From IMG/VR virus record IMGVR_UViG_2516143081_000003: a stretch of 19,862 nucleotides of DNA. One strand, written 5' to 3'. A program made the position numbers and the translations under genes. Shown here in pieces: positions 17,811-19,862 of the stretch. This DNA is from a virus. Its lineage: Duplodnaviria; Heunggongvirae; Uroviricota; Caudoviricetes. The number at the start of each line of letters is the position of its first letter. Position 1 is the stretch's first letter. The notes below the pieces were generated by a model. It searched no databases and had not been told where the DNA came from. It saw nothing but the letters and a program-made list of their open reading frames with translations.

Positions 17811-18218
17811 ATGGAAACAAAAAATTTAACTATCGGCGAACGCATCAGGTATCGTCGGAAAAACCTCAAACACACCCAAAGGTCTCTTGCTAAAGCCCTG
17901 AAAATCTCCCATGTGTCTGTATCACAATGGGAACGGGGTGATAGTGAACCTACAGGGAAGAACCTTTTTGCCCTCAGCAAAGTATTGCAATGCTCACCAA
18001 CATGGATTCTATTTGGCGATGAAGACAAGCAACCAACACCACCTGTTGAGAAGCCAGTTGCCTTATCCCCCAAAGAACTAGAGCTCCTTGAGCTGTTTAA
18101 TGCACTGCCAGAATCAGAACAGGATACCCAGCTCGCCGAAATGCGAGCTCGAGTAAAAAACTTCAATAAACTCTTTGAAGAATTACTAAAAGCCCGTCAG
18201 CGGACAAATAAAAGATAA
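17811..18218 (+). CDS. dicA: XRE-family HTH repressor of the division-inhibition operon (135 aa)
   Basis: N-terminal HTH (TQRSLAKALKISHVSVSQWERG); recognised sequence. Confidence 0.95.
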   Translation: METKNLTIGERIRYRRKNLKHTQRSLAKALKISHVSVSQWERGDSEPTGKNLFALSKVLQCSPTWILFGDEDKQPTPPVEKPVALSPKELELLELFNALPESEQDTQLAEMRARVKNFNKLFEELLKARQRTNKR

Positions 18219-18278
18219 CATCATCAATGAGTTATCTTTTACCACATCAATTATGTTATCTATAGCATACAAAATCAC

Positions 18279-18307
18279 TTGACCGATATGTTAGTCATGG
18301 CTAATCT
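18279..18307 (+). promoter_or_regulatory. Candidate dicB-operon promoter with an overlapping operator
   Basis: TTGACC (18279-18284), 17-nt spacer, TAATCT (18302-18307); the spacer carries a third copy of the operator motif, TTAGTCATGGCTAA (18291-18304). Confidence 0.55.
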
Positions 18308-18384
18308 TGTTTGCATCAACACACCGCACGGTGTTCTCAGCAAACAGTTCCGCTACCCCAGCGTTAAGGGGAAATGAGGTCAGC

Positions 18385-18540
18385 ATGGATACTATCGATC
18401 TTGGCAACAACGAATCTCTGGTGTACGGCGTGTTTCCAAACCAGGACGGCACGTTCACCGCAATGACGTATACCAAAAGCAAAACGTTTAAAACCGAAAA
18501 TGGTGCCCGTCGCTGGCTGGAAAGAAACTCAGGTGAGTGA
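18385..18540 (+). CDS. ydfA: Small protein YdfA (51 aa)
   Basis: ATG at 18385 with GAGG 5 nt upstream; the ORF-track start at 18307 has no RBS. Confidence 0.75.
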   Translation: MDTIDLGNNESLVYGVFPNQDGTFTAMTYTKSKTFKTENGARRWLERNSGE

Positions 18541-18541
18541 T

Positions 18542-18670
18542 ATGGATTTCGACACAATCATGGAAAAGGCTTACGAAGAATACTTCGAAGGCCTTGCCGA
18601 AGGCGAAGAAGCTCTCAGCTTCAGTGAGTTTAAACAGGCGCTTTCCAGTTCGGCAAAATCTAACGGCTGA
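18542..18670 (+). CDS. ydfB: Small acidic protein YdfB (42 aa; MDFDTIMEKAYEEYFEGLAEGEEALSFSEFKQALSSSAKSNG)
   Basis: Not in the ORF track. ATG at 18542 with AGGTGAG 4 nt upstream; coupled to the ydfA stop (TGATATG). Confidence 0.7.
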   Translation: MDFDTIMEKAYEEYFEGLAEGEEALSFSEFKQALSSSAKSNG

Positions 18671-18699
18671 TAAGCGAAACAGCACCGCGAGGAATCAGT

Positions 18700-18918
18700 A
18701 TGCAGAAACGAGAACCCGTCATCATCGCGCCAGACTATACCGATGATGAACTTTATGAGTGGATGCGCCAGAAAATTAATGCAGCGCAGGATCTGAAATG
18801 GGCTAATGAAGCCAGGGCTAAGCAGGCTGAAAATCTGTCCGCTCTGGAGCAGGATATCACCAATCTGGAAAAAGCAGCGGCATTAAGCATTGCCAGAATG
18901 ATTACATACCCGCGTTAG
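18700..18918 (+). CDS. ydfC: Small protein YdfC (72 aa)
   Basis: ATG at 18700 with GAGGAA 5 nt upstream. Confidence 0.75.
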   Translation: MQKREPVIIAPDYTDDELYEWMRQKINAAQDLKWANEARAKQAENLSALEQDITNLEKAAALSIARMITYPR

Positions 18919-19257
18919 TAGCTAATCAACAAAGCTAAGGTTAGTAATTAAGGAGTTCTCCACGGGTGAGGTGGAGTGCGTGCGCCGGACACGGGTGCGC
19001 ATCCGGAACTGACAGTTTACTGAAAGGATATTTCCCTGAAAAGTCAGACCATAACGCGAAAGCGCACGGCGAGGTAGCTGGTTCATAGATAGCCTGTCGT
19101 TAAATTTTCGTCGACCGTGCGCTTCCGGTTGTGGCAACCCGCGAAATGGCGCGGCGGTAAGTATGGCGGGGTTATTCCTTCCCCGTTGAGGACACCGGGT
19201 TGTCAGGTTGACCATACGCTTAAGTGACAACCCCGCTGCAACGCCCTCTGTTATCAA

Positions 19258-19316
19258 TTTTCTGGTGACGTTTGGCGGTATCAGTTTTACTCCGTGACTG
19301 CTCTGCCGCCCTTTTT
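19258..19316 (+). ncRNA. dicF: DicF small regulatory RNA (about 53 nt plus U-tail), an Hfq-dependent antisense inhibitor of ftsZ translation
   Basis: Sequence TTTCTGGTGACGTTTGGCGGTATCAGTTTTACTCCGTGACTGCTCTGCCGCCC followed by TTTTT matches recalled DicF; intrinsic terminator hairpin GGCGG...CCGCC. Confidence 0.85.
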
Positions 19317-19485
19317 AAAGTGAATTTTGTGATGTGGTGAATGCGGCTGAGCGCACGCGGAACAGTTAAAACCAAAAACAGTGTTATGGGTGGATTCTCT
19401 GTATCCGGCGTTAATTGTTAACTGGTTAACGTCACCTGGAGGCACCAGGCACTGCATCACAAAATTCATTGTTGAGGACGCGATA

Positions 19486-19674
19486 ATGAAAACGTTATTA
19501 CCAAACGTTAATACGTCTGAAGGTTGTTTTGAAATTGGTGTCACTATCAGTAACCCAGTATTTACTGAAGATGCCATTAACAAGAGAAAACAAGAACGGG
19601 AGCTATTAAATAAAATATGCATTGTTTCAATGCTGGCTCGTTTACGTCTGATGCCAAAAGGATGTGCACAATGA
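19486..19674 (+). CDS. dicB: Cell division inhibitor DicB (62 aa)
   Basis: ATG at 19486 with GAGGA 7 nt upstream; recognised sequence MKTLLPNVNTSEGCFEIGVTISNPVF... Confidence 0.9.
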   Translation: MKTLLPNVNTSEGCFEIGVTISNPVFTEDAINKRKQERELLNKICIVSMLARLRLMPKGCAQ

Positions 19675-19862
19675 ATTCAGCATTTGTGCTTGTTCTGACA
19701 GTTTTTCTTGTTTCCGGAGAGCCAGTTGATATTGCAGTCAGTGTTCACAGGACAATGCAGGAGTGTATGACTGCAGCAACCGAACAGAAAATTCCCGGTA
19801 ACTGTTACCCGGTCGATAAAGTTATTCACCAGGATAATATCGAAATCCCGGCAGGTCTTTAA
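19671..19862 (+). CDS. ydfD: Small membrane protein YdfD (63 aa), reported to cause lysis when overexpressed
   Basis: ATG at 19671 overlaps the dicB stop (ATGA); N-terminal hydrophobic helix (SAFVLVLTVFLVSG); stop TAA at 19860-19862, the window edge. Confidence 0.85.
   Translation: MNSAFVLVLTVFLVSGEPVDIAVSVHRTMQECMTAATEQKIPGNCYPVDKVIHQDNIEIPAGL

Noticed and set aside
18950-19010. Possible REP (repetitive extragenic palindrome) element
   Set aside because: GC-rich inverted repeats are present but do not fit the REP consensus well; treated as dicF-precursor structure instead.
18922-19257. 111-aa minus-strand ORF in the ydfC-dicF spacer
   Set aside because: Arg-rich translation of GC-rich structured DNA, antisense to the dicF precursor, no RBS. 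The region is better explained as processed RNA.

Overview
This window reads as one defective lambdoid prophage inserted into the 5' end of the MFS transporter gene ydfJ. From memory it matches the Qin (Kim) cryptic prophage of E. coli K-12; I could not run any database search, so all gene symbols are recall-based. On the minus strand the backbone is colinear with lambda / phage 21: immunity (dicA/dicC), a replication region replaced by a 5'-truncated DDE integrase-core fragment, nin-like ydfU, antiterminator Q, pinholin / SAR endolysin / spanins, cos, Nu1, an in-frame A::J::stf deletion chimera, tfa, and a Pin invertase. Interspersed accessory genes include cold-shock paralogs cspI/cspB/cspF with ydfK/ynfN/gnsB, the relB-relE-hokD toxin-antitoxin operon, flxA behind a sigma-28 promoter, and the ydfABC-dicF-dicB-ydfD operon. 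No rRNA, tRNA or CRISPR array is present. I do not see a convincing, wholly undescribed multi-gene system. The items most worth follow-up are small ORFs with good ribosome-binding sites that the ORF track misses or hides, a translationally coupled 92-aa ORF upstream of the HNH-motif protein YdfU, an intact cos site beside a truncated terminase, and an orphan palindrome upstream of pin.
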